Virus record (IMG/VR): IMGVR_UViG_3300037524_000424
Span: 13,609-77,608 of that record
Strand: one strand, 5' to 3'
Source of the DNA: a virus
Taxonomy: Duplodnaviria; Caudoviricetes
DNA: 64,000 bases
Shown: in pieces, positions 48,407 through 57,358 of the stretch
How positions within the stretch are numbered: position 1 is the first letter of the stretch
Layout: every line of letters begins with the position of its first letter
Program-made: the position numbers and the translations under genes
The notes under the pieces: model-generated
Databases searched by the model: none
The model's input: the letters and a program-made list of their open reading frames with translations, nothing else
Told to the model about the DNA's origin: nothing

Positions 48407-48646
48407 TCATCGTTTACACTCCACGACGTTATAGATTTCAGCATCCCTTACCTTCAGCATAACTCGGTAATAGTCATTCCCATCGACTGGGATAAATCCA
48501 GTCTCATGAATTAGGACAGTCACGCTATCCAGTTTAACGCAAGTGCCGACTGGTATCTCCCTGAGTTGTTGAGGAGATAGGGCGAAGGCATTGAGAGGTA
48601 GTAGCAATAGGATTAGTTTTATCATTTGTAACATCCTTTTCGTCAT
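48407..48646 (-). CDS. small secreted protein (GxC...C family)
   Basis: Signal peptide ending AFA; PVGTCV...VVEC. Confidence 0.55.
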   Translation of the reverse strand: MTKRMLQMIKLILLLLPLNAFALSPQQLREIPVGTCVKLDSVTVLIHETGFIPVDGNDYYRVMLKVRDAEIYNVVECKR

Positions 48647-48803
48647 TATAGCATAATTCTGTTACGATGACAACTCCAACATTGACCACTTTTCGGCAAA
48701 AACGGTTATTATTTGAATCTCCCACTAGGGAGAAAAACACAGTCTATTCCACAAAACTATGACATAATCTCCCGTTGGGGAGACTTAGTGCCTACTTAGT
48801 GCC

Positions 48804-49355
48804 TTATATCCTAACGAGTCCTAACTCCTCCAGCATATCAAAATACAACGCTACCTTCGTGTCCCGGTATTTCGGACTGTTAGGAATACCCCAGGCATCT
48901 TTCTCCTTAATATCTACAGCACTAGCAAATCCTAGGAAGTTCACTTGATGTCTCCCCATATCGACTATACAGAATACTAACCAATCTCTAGGAGTAGGTC
49001 TGCGGTATAGAGGGTCTGACTTCTGGAATAACCAGCTTATGCCATGCCGTTGTGAGGACTCTAAAGACTGCGACTTAACGTGAAAGTCGAAGGAGTCGGA
49101 CTTTAGGTCGGCAGAGAAGGATTTACGTTCTTTGGTGTATAGGGTAAAGTCGGGAGAGGATAACGAAGGGTCGATGTTGGAGTAGACTCGGTGAAAACAG
49201 ATTTCTCCTAAAGCTCCGACGATAGTATCTTCGTTTATTTTGGAAGGACGGGATTCTCCTCGGCTGGAGTAGATGCCGAAGGACGTTGCCGTTCTTCGGA
49301 CTGCGAAGGTTTCAGCTAGGGAGAGGTCGGAGGGAGTGAAGGAAGTTGAGGTCAT
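48804..49355 (-). CDS. restriction-endonuclease-like PD-(D/E)XK protein
   Basis: GALGEICF, PD, ADL, HVKSQ pattern. Confidence 0.5.
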   Translation of the reverse strand: MTSTSFTPSDLSLAETFAVRRTATSFGIYSSRGESRPSKINEDTIVGALGEICFHRVYSNIDPSLSSPDFTLYTKERKSFSADLKSDSFDFHVKSQSLESSQRHGISWLFQKSDPLYRRPTPRDWLVFCIVDMGRHQVNFLGFASAVDIKEKDAWGIPNSPKYRDTKVALYFDMLEELGLVRI

Positions 49356-50041
49356 TCGTTACCGTCAATTAATTCTTTCAGGACGTTTCTTTTCGATTTC
49401 AGATAGTATTTCTCAAACTGAGATAAGTCAAGCAAATTCTCGAATATCTCCAGCGTATTCCAGACTCTTTTCAACAGTCGTTCCTTATTCTCGTCATTCT
49501 GCCATTTATCCGCCAGTTTCAAGCTATCGTTTACATCGAAGTAAACGTAAATCTTATCTCCTTCTCGAAAGTCTTCTCCCTCTAAAGCATCCAGGACTTT
49601 CTGTTCGTTAGTCCGTTCTGGATTCATTACTGACTTAGTGATGGTACGTTTGGTAGACCAACGGGATATGTCGGTAACGGTTTGGGATTCGACGATATAG
49701 GATTTGTATATCTCCTGGATTTTGAATAGAGAGTTGTCGTCCAGCATTACTTTGATAATACGTTCTATCATTTCTCGTAGTGCAGTTTCTCTCTTTGAAT
49801 CTGTAAAACCGGACCCCTTGATTTTAATCTTTCCATCCTTTTCTAGGATATAATTTTTTGCTTTATTAACTATAACGGTTTGATAATATCCATCATCTTC
49901 CATTTTAATTAAATCAGGAAGAAAATCGTTTATCTCTTTTAACAGTTTTTCTCTTTCTTCTTTAGTTATTTCGGACATATCTTTTTTACAAAAAGAGATA
50001 CTATCGGTGTCTACAACATTTATTATAAAATCATGTACCAT
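49352..50041 (-). CDS. polB: family B DNA polymerase, C-terminal fragment
   Basis: NVVDTDS motif C, KNYIL, IKGSG; own SD AAGGA and ATG. Confidence 0.85.
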   Translation of the reverse strand: MVHDFIINVVDTDSISFCKKDMSEITKEEREKLLKEINDFLPDLIKMEDDGYYQTVIVNKAKNYILEKDGKIKIKGSGFTDSKRETALREMIERIIKVMLDDNSLFKIQEIYKSYIVESQTVTDISRWSTKRTITKSVMNPERTNEQKVLDALEGEDFREGDKIYVYFDVNDSLKLADKWQNDENKERLLKRVWNTLEIFENLLDLSQFEKYYLKSKRNVLKELIDGNE

Positions 50042-50946
50042 TTTTTATCCTTTTTCTTAACATAGAAATTATATTTTGTATGATTGTTTCTTTTTCCTAA
50101 TATTACCTGGTTAATATGAGAAAGACAGTTAAAGTTTAATTTTTTAAACAATTGTTTTAGGCTAAAAAATCTACCAACTAGATTATTATCATTTTTAAGA
50201 TAAACGTCAATATGGTCGTATTTTTGTGAATAGTGGTACCTTTCTTTGGTAAAAAAGTCCTCTGGTACATTATTAAGATAACATATAGATAGATTGTGTT
50301 TTTTAATTGTCTTAGACCTTCCCATTAAAACGTCACATATTGTTGATGGTGCGATTCCTAATTTTATAGAGGCATCAGTTAGTGATTCATAATAAAACCC
50401 ATTTGTATCAATTAATGATTTTTTGCTTTCCTCTATTGATGTCTTTAAACTAGAGTGACGATTGAGTCTTAATGCAGTTTCTCTCATTCTTTTTTTAGTT
50501 TCTTCATTGCGCTTTGATCCGATCCTCTTGCGAAGTATTTTTTCACGTTGTTCTTCTTTCCATGTCCCTCCGTAGTTATAGTGATTCTCTCCTTTTGGTC
50601 TATCCCACTCTGCCATTTTTTTCTTAGAAGCAGCAGAATGTTTTCTTCCTTCCATCGGAGCTTTGGCATCCTTTGCTATATTATATTCGGGCTTATACTT
50701 CTTTAGGTATACATTTTCAATTCGCAATCTATTCTCCCTGGTACATTCTTGTATTATACCATAAATAAAAGAAGATTCCCCATATTTATTATAAGCATAA
50801 TTTAGGTGTTCGTTATGATGTTTATTCTTTCTGAGGAAGTTAAAATGTGTATTCATTCTTTTCTTAAAGTCAACAGTACTTCCTATATAAATATTACCAT
50901 TCACTACATTCTTAATCATATATACAGCACAAATCTTAAAAGACAT
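50023..50946 (-). CDS. GIY-YIG homing endonuclease with NUMOD3-like repeats
   Basis: AVYMIKN...IYIGST..FKKR...H; GRKHSAASKKKM. Confidence 0.85.
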   Translation of the reverse strand: MSFKICAVYMIKNVVNGNIYIGSTVDFKKRMNTHFNFLRKNKHHNEHLNYAYNKYGESSFIYGIIQECTRENRLRIENVYLKKYKPEYNIAKDAKAPMEGRKHSAASKKKMAEWDRPKGENHYNYGGTWKEEQREKILRKRIGSKRNEETKKRMRETALRLNRHSSLKTSIEESKKSLIDTNGFYYESLTDASIKLGIAPSTICDVLMGRSKTIKKHNLSICYLNNVPEDFFTKERYHYSQKYDHIDVYLKNDNNLVGRFFSLKQLFKKLNFNCLSHINQVILGKRNNHTKYNFYVKKKDKKWYMIL

Positions 50947-52693
50947 CCTTATACCTTTCGTCCTTTTCTATATCATAATCTTTCATATACTCTTGCACGT
51001 CCTTTCCTGAAGCCCACAATAAACACATTCTGATGATCTGCCTCCCGATACCGGTGATTCTATCTCCTGCTCTAAAATCATTAAAATTTAGTCCACTACA
51101 GGAGAGCATCCCAAAACTTGAATTAGCAACCACTTTTGATGCAGCTTGTAAATCGTCATAGTATTTATCCCCGGTCTTTTTAAACATATTCTTTTCCTCA
51201 ATTCTCTTGAGTGTAAAATGTTCCACTATTTTCGGATAATACTTCTTTACGTCCTTTCCTTCTGGATATATCTGAAATGCTCGCATAATACTCGGATACA
51301 TAGACTGTACGTCAACTTTAAAAACATTCTTGTAAATCCCGGGAACTCCAAATGATATGCCGCCATGGACATATTCTCGTTCACTAGCCAACGGTATTGA
51401 ATGATTATCCTGCAAGTATGCCCTAACCATCATGCTGTTCAACCAAGCCCCACTAGCCGATTGAGTTACCGTTTGTAAAGGTTTCGGAATATATGAAGTC
51501 AAGTAAAAAAAGCTCGGGATCATTAACTCGAATAGCCGCAGCGAATCGTCAGAATCCCCTGAGCAATACTGTTTGAACCTATCCCAGTCGGCTTTCTCTT
51601 TAGGTAAATTCTTATACAAGTCCATCGGACTGATTTTCTCAAAGTCCCAAAGAACTCTATCTTCCTTCTGCCAACCCAAATGTTGAATGATGCCCTTCAG
51701 TTTGTAGTTCGGAAAGTTGCGGCTAACGTCATACTTTAAAGCTAACATCCAAGTGTCGATTATTTCTCTACCGTGAACGAAACATTTCGTATAGTCGTAG
51801 GACTGGGAACCGTCATAACGAATCTTGCTCGGCTTCTTATCAAAAGTAATCCTACTTCCATCTCTGCCCAACTCTAGTCCCAATAATCCATTTAGTTCCG
51901 CCCTGGTATTCAAATATGGTATGTCAAACGAAACGACGTTATGTCCTATTAACAGACTTGGATTCTTCTCGTTTACCCAACGAATCCAGGACTTTAGCAT
52001 AGCCCCTTCATTTCCCTTAAAGTCGTCAATAGCGAACAACTTCCTCTCTACCTTATCCCCGCATTTGTAGGTATTGCTTATCATAAAGACTAAAGCATCG
52101 TGGTCGGTCGGGTTAAGTCCGCTAGTCTCAATATCGAAACTTAGGGCACTAACCTCGTCTATCTTCATTCCCTTAAACAACGTATAACCATCCTTAATCA
52201 TGGCAGACTCGACATCGTTATGGACTACATAGAAGGTTTCCCGGTCACGGAAAGTAGTCATTCTGCTCTTATTGAAACTCTCGAAGTCAGGATATTCCTT
52301 CATAAATCGATAATGAAGACTTCCCTCTAGCTCCCGATAGGAAGTCCTGGGTCTATCGGATGATAAAATCCAGCGTTTAAGGGGTCTAACAACCGTTTTA
52401 ATGAGTCCTGGGGACTCCTCTATGTAAAGGTACAGCTCCGAGTCTCCAGCGGCTATAGAAACGATTTTCTCGGTCTGGTCTTTGCCGTAGATAAGAGTGT
52501 CGTATTTAGGGATAATCTCGGACAATAAATCCAGAAATTCTGGGGGTATAATCGCCTCGTCTCCGTCGCTAAAAGATAAAGTTCCGGAATTATTGGATCT
52601 AATGTAATAGCAACCGTCCTTAACGTGGGTTTTCAGTTTATCTATTTCTTCGGTATTGTTAACTTTGAATAGCACAATTCCCCCTATAGTCAA
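50936..52693 (-). CDS. polB: family B DNA polymerase, N-terminal fragment (exonuclease, motifs A and B)
   Basis: FDIETSG, HNVVSFDIPYL; VDVQSMYPS; KVVANSSFG; stops before motif C. Confidence 0.9.
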   Translation of the reverse strand: MTIGGIVLFKVNNTEEIDKLKTHVKDGCYYIRSNNSGTLSFSDGDEAIIPPEFLDLLSEIIPKYDTLIYGKDQTEKIVSIAAGDSELYLYIEESPGLIKTVVRPLKRWILSSDRPRTSYRELEGSLHYRFMKEYPDFESFNKSRMTTFRDRETFYVVHNDVESAMIKDGYTLFKGMKIDEVSALSFDIETSGLNPTDHDALVFMISNTYKCGDKVERKLFAIDDFKGNEGAMLKSWIRWVNEKNPSLLIGHNVVSFDIPYLNTRAELNGLLGLELGRDGSRITFDKKPSKIRYDGSQSYDYTKCFVHGREIIDTWMLALKYDVSRNFPNYKLKGIIQHLGWQKEDRVLWDFEKISPMDLYKNLPKEKADWDRFKQYCSGDSDDSLRLFELMIPSFFYLTSYIPKPLQTVTQSASGAWLNSMMVRAYLQDNHSIPLASEREYVHGGISFGVPGIYKNVFKVDVQSMYPSIMRAFQIYPEGKDVKKYYPKIVEHFTLKRIEEKNMFKKTGDKYYDDLQAASKVVANSSFGMLSCSGLNFNDFRAGDRITGIGRQIIRMCLLWASGKDVQEYMKDYDIEKDERYKDVF

Positions 52694-53146
52694 TTACTCC
52701 TTAATCTTTCCGCCTGGTGTACGCTTGAAATGTGTTGGTTTCTCAAACTTCTTCTTAGTAGAAACGTAATTCTTAGTAACACCGCTAGTATTTTCCACTA
52801 GCCGGTAGTCATTCATTGCGTTGTAAACTGTAGCGTGACCTAGCCCAGTCTTTCCTCCCATCATATCAAACTGCTTTTTAGTCAACCGCACTTTAACAGG
52901 ATGATACTTCCGCTTTTCAACGTCGAAGTACATCCCGATTAGGTTGACACTAAGTTCTTGGTCGCTCAAGTCTTTAGTGTCCTGGATTATATTTAGCAGT
53001 TCATCCTCATTCTCGTTTACAGTAGCATTAAATCCTTTGTACGGTAGTCCTGCCTGAGTTAGGATGTCAATCATTTCTTGTGGGCTAAGTCCGTACTCTC
53101 TTGCTAGTTCGTAGACCTTTGGTTTTTCTGCTATATACTTACCCAT
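52694..53146 (-). CDS. IF2_N-domain protein
   Basis: KVYELAREYGLSPQEMIDILTQAGL...ATVNENEDELL matches the translation initiation factor IF2 N-terminal repeat. Confidence 0.7.
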   Translation of the reverse strand: MGKYIAEKPKVYELAREYGLSPQEMIDILTQAGLPYKGFNATVNENEDELLNIIQDTKDLSDQELSVNLIGMYFDVEKRKYHPVKVRLTKKQFDMMGGKTGLGHATVYNAMNDYRLVENTSGVTKNYVSTKKKFEKPTHFKRTPGGKIKE

Positions 53147-53154
53147 AAATGCTC

Positions 53155-53565
53155 CTAGAAGTCTAAGCCTACGTTTAGTAAAAAGGACTCGTTGCTGATA
53201 ACGGTAACTCCAGCACTAAAGTCATCTGATAACAGTCTAGTGTAGTTTGCTCCAAAAAGCAACTCTTTTTTGACCGCAAACTTCTTATAGGTGTCTCCGT
53301 TAGTGATGTGTAGTTTATGTGATGGACCAATTCCTGTTAGTAAACTAAAACGGTTTAACTTCTTAGAAGGCTTGACTGCCCCTCTAGTGACTACCTTATG
53401 CTTGTTAGCACTAAAAGCGTAAGTTTTTCCATCCCGAGTTTTGACTGTTATTTTAGCATTACGCAACTCTTCTGGTGTTGGGTATGCGTATAATGTTGTC
53501 GAAAGTAAAAATAAGAATATCGCTAATTTCATATAACCTCCGAAAGTAAATTTATAAGTTAACAA
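53155..53565 (-). CDS. secreted outer-membrane beta-strand protein
   Basis: Signal peptide; amphipathic strands; ends LNVGLDF. Confidence 0.55.
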   Translation of the reverse strand: MLTYKFTFGGYMKLAIFLFLLSTTLYAYPTPEELRNAKITVKTRDGKTYAFSANKHKVVTRGAVKPSKKLNRFSLLTGIGPSHKLHITNGDTYKKFAVKKELLFGANYTRLLSDDFSAGVTVISNESFLLNVGLDF

Positions 53566-54253
53566 CTAAACCACCAACAATCTTAAAGTTACAATTCGTT
53601 CCTGCTGTTGTAGAATAGGTCACCCCTTCCTTCAAAACCGTCAACCGACCTTGCAATCCACTTAATACACTAACTTGACCTCCTGGGGCATTTACTATTA
53701 GTGAGTTGGTTTGCTGAAAGAAAGCCACAACCGTATTACCAATCTTTAATCCTACTTCTTTGTGGTCGGCATTATTTGGGCAGAATGGGATTACTTCTAC
53801 TGATGTCCCCGGAATCCCCTGAGGACCCACAATACCAAGACCTTGCTCTCCTTGTGCCCCATCGGCTATAACAACCGAATTAGTCCCACAAGTAATTGTC
53901 GCTTGAGTTCCAACTTTGTTAACTTGACAGTTTACCGCATCTAGCCCATCGTTGCCATCCTGACCGTTGCAGCTTAAGAATTGAGTCTGGACTAAATCTC
54001 CTTCGCTTAACAATCCATCTCTGTCAATGTCTTGAGCTAAAGTTACAGTAGTTCCTCCAGCGTTTAAACAAGCGGTATCCTCATATAGTGAACCCGCTAC
54101 GATAGAGTAGCCATTTTGACCTGCTGTCCCGGTATCTCCCTTGTCACCTTTGATCGACTCTCCATCCTTTCCATTTACAGGGTAATAGATGTATGCAGTA
54201 TGTTCTCCACAAGCACTAACAACTAATAATAATCCTAGCAAAACTATTTTCAT
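53552..54253 (-). CDS. collagen-like repeat lipoprotein
   Basis: Lipobox VSAC; GKDGE/GDKGD/GEQGL/GPQGIPG triplets. Confidence 0.75.
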   Translation of the reverse strand: MKIVLLGLLLVVSACGEHTAYIYYPVNGKDGESIKGDKGDTGTAGQNGYSIVAGSLYEDTACLNAGGTTVTLAQDIDRDGLLSEGDLVQTQFLSCNGQDGNDGLDAVNCQVNKVGTQATITCGTNSVVIADGAQGEQGLGIVGPQGIPGTSVEVIPFCPNNADHKEVGLKIGNTVVAFFQQTNSLIVNAPGGQVSVLSGLQGRLTVLKEGVTYSTTAGTNCNFKIVGGLVVNL

Positions 54254-54287
54254 AAATCATTCCTCCAGATTAATTACTATTAATACC

Positions 54288-54316
54288 ATTATACCACAAA
54301 TTACTAAAGCTGTCAA
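54288..54316 (-). promoter_or_regulatory. perfect sigma70 promoter TTGACA-17-TATAAT
   Basis: Full consensus plus extended -10 TG. Confidence 0.85.
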
Positions 54317-54329
54317 CATGATCGCAACG

Positions 54330-55007
54330 CTAATAGATAGATAGTCCATGTTTCGTCTCCCGTTTAAAGTATTTATTCGTTATTGAATATTGTAAAGCAT
54401 TAGCGGTAGCTTGAGAACTTCCCGACATTTCAGGATTTCCTAGTTTACTTCCTTCTACCTTCAGCATAAAGTCTGCAGTATTAGAACCCTTTAAGTCGCT
54501 AGCCGCCACTACATAAAAGAAGTTTTGTCCTACTCCGAACTTATAACAAGCCGGGTAAACATTACAAAAAACATCCAAGTTCTTGCCGTCATTACCAGCG
54601 GCTACATAGACGTTTATCCCTTTTCCTATTGCTTGTCTTATAGCCGACTTTTCAACCGGACTACTATCCGATCCCGAAAAGCTCATGTTTATGTATTTCG
54701 CTCCTGCGGCTATGGCATCTAAAACCGAAGCAGCTACCCGAGTATCTTGGATATTTTCTTTATGATATACATTATAGGATATAATACAATACTTTTTAAA
54801 GTCTAAATGCTGGGCTATAATCGACGCTATATTAGTCCCGTGTCCTCTGCGATCTAGTCCGTCATCGGCTACCATAGTCCGAAGTCCTTCCTCACAAAGG
54901 TATTCGGTTTGATAGCCCGCGATTCCAGTGTCAATGATAGCGATTTTAATGCGCTTTTCGACGGCTATAAGATTGAAACTGAATAGTAATGCTAGTATTA
55001 CTCCCAT
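54330..55007 (-). CDS. secreted subtilisin-like serine protease (S8)
   Basis: IAIIDTG, GHGTNIAS, AAGN, MSGSSQAT; signal peptide. Confidence 0.85.
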   Translation of the reverse strand: MGVILALLFSFNLIAVEKRIKIAIIDTGIAGYQTEYLCEEGLRTMVADDGLDRRGHGTNIASIIAQHLDFKKYCIISYNVYHKENIQDTRVAASVLDAIAAGAKYINMSFSGSDSSPVEKSAIRQAIGKGINVYVAAGNDGKNLDVFCNVYPACYKFGVGQNFFYVVAASDLKGSNTADFMLKVEGSKLGNPEMSGSSQATANALQYSITNKYFKRETKHGLSIY

Positions 55008-55459
55008 GTTGGCATCCGTTTATCTGTATCCCAGCGATGATTAATGTAAAGTTGATATGCAAGGATAACATCTTCTATATGTTTGTAAGATATTCCTAAC
55101 TTTTCATTAGCCGCACAGTTAGCGAAAGGAGACAATCCCAGACTTGGTAAATGTTTAGCTTGGGACTTTAGCCAAAACTTAAACTCACCGGACTTATGAA
55201 TAGTGCCACGACGTTCGTACATGACGTTTAACAGTGCGTTATAGTGTTCCCAAAGCCAAAGGTAATTTTCTCGGCTATAACGACACCAAATTCCCGCAGG
55301 ATGATTTTTGTGAGTGGATTTATAGGGAGCATCAACACCTACACTATGTAATGCCGTACACATCAACTGAGCAGATTCGAGTATCATTTTATTTGCTCGA
55401 ACCGTGTCAAGGTATTGAGCGGACTCGACAGGACATTTACTGGTAACAAATATGTTCAT
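54998..55459 (-). CDS. pyrimidine-dimer glycosylase / endonuclease V-like protein
   Basis: MNIF..SKCP.ESAQ.L...KMILESAQL.CTAL...YKSTHKNHP..W.R. Confidence 0.8.
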   Translation of the reverse strand: MNIFVTSKCPVESAQYLDTVRANKMILESAQLMCTALHSVGVDAPYKSTHKNHPAGIWCRYSRENYLWLWEHYNALLNVMYERRGTIHKSGEFKFWLKSQAKHLPSLGLSPFANCAANEKLGISYKHIEDVILAYQLYINHRWDTDKRMPTWE

Positions 55460-55482
55460 AACTCCCCCTTGCTAAGACTATT

Positions 55483-55989
55483 CTACCACAAATCAAATCC
55501 CAAAGTCAAGGCGTGAGTGCTTAAAATAGGTGTTAGATTGTTGTTAAGCTGGACTCTAAAGTTCTTATGAGTATATACATTAAAGTTGACTTCTACCCCG
55601 AATATTGGAGTTAGTCCTCCTAGAGTGAATACTGGAACCAGTCCGCTTTTCTCAGTAAAGGCATAAGGATCTTGCCAGTAACTACCTAAGAAAAATCCTA
55701 CATCCGTCAGTTTTCCTTGATATACGAAAGAGGTGTACTTATAACCGTACATAGGTAAAGCAACGCTGTTGTTACCGTAAAAAAACGTATGTTTTTCGGT
55801 TGTTTCTGGACTATAGCTGAAAGAAAGTAGATAGTGGGCAATAAGTCCTCTTTCGTTTAGTTTGCCGGAGTATCTAGGACCCGATTCAGTGTTATTCACA
55901 TAGTGTTGGGAGATAGCACCTTGACCGACCTCTACCGATTCTCCCGCTAATAGCTGACCAAAGAACAACAATCCAAATAGTAACGTCAT
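55483..55989 (-). CDS. outer-membrane beta-barrel-like protein
   Basis: Signal peptide, alternating strands, ends LTLGFDLW. Confidence 0.55.
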   Translation of the reverse strand: MTLLFGLLFFGQLLAGESVEVGQGAISQHYVNNTESGPRYSGKLNERGLIAHYLLSFSYSPETTEKHTFFYGNNSVALPMYGYKYTSFVYQGKLTDVGFFLGSYWQDPYAFTEKSGLVPVFTLGGLTPIFGVEVNFNVYTHKNFRVQLNNNLTPILSTHALTLGFDLW

Positions 55990-56447
55990 CTTTTCCCCCT
56001 GTTTATTCCTAGTTCTTTCAGTTTGTTCCTAACCCACTTTTCGCTAACGTCTAATTCTGCCGCTATTTCGTAGTTAGTTTCATTCCTTTTCAACATATCC
56101 ATAAAAATATCCATATTTACCGATTTCTTAGTTGGAAAATGTGGCTTCGTCCAATAGACCGTTTTTATAGAAGGTCTTAGTCCAGACTTGACCTTTACCG
56201 CGTTACATCCTGGCGGCTTAGGAATCCAAAGCTCGGCTATCAACCTTTCCAGGATATAATACTTTACTGGTCCATCACATCCTAGCGTTATCTTCCTTGG
56301 AGCATACAAAGCTTTCTTATACCACCGTTTAATTCTGCCAAAGGAACTAATTAAAGTCCTTTGGTGACCTGGTATAAGCTTCCATTCCTCCCCACGAAGT
56401 TTGACTAGCGGGACTTCTTTTCTGCGGCTATTAATGTCCAACTTCAT
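55986..56447 (-). CDS. NUMOD4-domain protein with degenerate HNH and C-terminal HTH
   Basis: EEWKLIPG...ISSFGRIK; RLIAELWIPKP; EIAAELDVSEKWV. Confidence 0.6.
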   Translation of the reverse strand: MKLDINSRRKEVPLVKLRGEEWKLIPGHQRTLISSFGRIKRWYKKALYAPRKITLGCDGPVKYYILERLIAELWIPKPPGCNAVKVKSGLRPSIKTVYWTKPHFPTKKSVNMDIFMDMLKRNETNYEIAAELDVSEKWVRNKLKELGINRGKR

Positions 56448-56452
56448 AAAAT

Positions 56453-56623
56453 TTATTTATCCAATGTCTTATCGCAAAATCGTTCAATCAATTCTTGTTT
56501 TAAGCCATTTTCGTTTAACGATTTTATGCAATCCAAATAAGCATTTTGCCTTCTAGTCATGTTTCCGGTAAAGGTAGCACAACTTGTGAACAGTAACAAA
56601 CTTAACAATAGTCCTGCTTTCAT
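56453..56623 (-). CDS. 56-aa lipoprotein
   Basis: MKAGLLLSLLLFTSC lipobox; SD GGAGG; not in ORF track. Confidence 0.6.
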   Translation of the reverse strand: MKAGLLLSLLLFTSCATFTGNMTRRQNAYLDCIKSLNENGLKQELIERFCDKTLDK

Positions 56624-56798
56624 AGTTCCTCCATTAGTTCTTTCATGTAGTCGTTAATATCCATTAGCTCGTCTCTAGTCAAAGGTAGTCCGTTATCCTC
56701 CCATCTAGCAGCTTGGATGTTATAAGTGTCACCGAAGTTCTGGGCTACGATGTCCTTAATCCCAAACTTAAATAGCAACTTCTCTAAAACGTGCATAA

Positions 56799-57047
56799 CT
56801 ACTCCTCTGTAATATTAATGTCCATTTTATAAGCAAAGTCCAGAATGTCCTCATAGGTAAATAAATGACTAAATTGTACTAAGGAACTAAATACTGTATG
56901 TTTAGTAATGTCCTCACCTGTTTTATTATCCAACACAACAAAGGGTGTCTTTGACTTAGCAAGATTCAGGATATCCACTAAAGTAATATAGTGACTAAGG
57001 TGAGTGTCGTACAGTTTACGGTTAAGATAGCGTTTAATCGTTCGCAT
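56799..57047 (-). CDS. phaR: PhaR-like PHA regulator DNA-binding domain protein
   Basis: IKRYLNRKLYDT..SHYITL.DI......FVVLDNKTGEDIT is the PHB_acc_N signature. Confidence 0.85.
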   Translation of the reverse strand: MRTIKRYLNRKLYDTHLSHYITLVDILNLAKSKTPFVVLDNKTGEDITKHTVFSSLVQFSHLFTYEDILDFAYKMDINITEE

Positions 57048-57358
57048 AAAAACTCCTGGTTATAGTGATTGTATCATTTCTCAATCGGTTATACAAGTCA
57101 AATAGTTCTCTTGCTTTCTTAATTTGATGCCCATAGTCCAAGCCGTCAGCTTTACGCCACTTAGCCCAAACTATATAACCGCGGACTATTTCTAAGATCA
57201 TTGCATTAACCCCAGTTTGCCGTCTATTAGTGTTACTTTCTCATTACCCTTTAGCGTTGCCATTGCTATTAACACCTCAATGCTATTAAAGTCCTCTCTG
57301 GATAGTTCCCCGTCTTTAATTCGGCTATTTAGGATGTTTAGTGCCTGTTCCGTAGTCA

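Noticed and set aside
48534-48740. 68-aa - strand ORF
   Set aside because: GTG start without SD, overlaps a better-supported secreted ORF, no recognisable motif
50023-50946. Canonical group I intron in polB
   Set aside because: The insert is fully occupied by the endonuclease ORF with no P/Q/R/S core; both polymerase halves have their own stop or start signals
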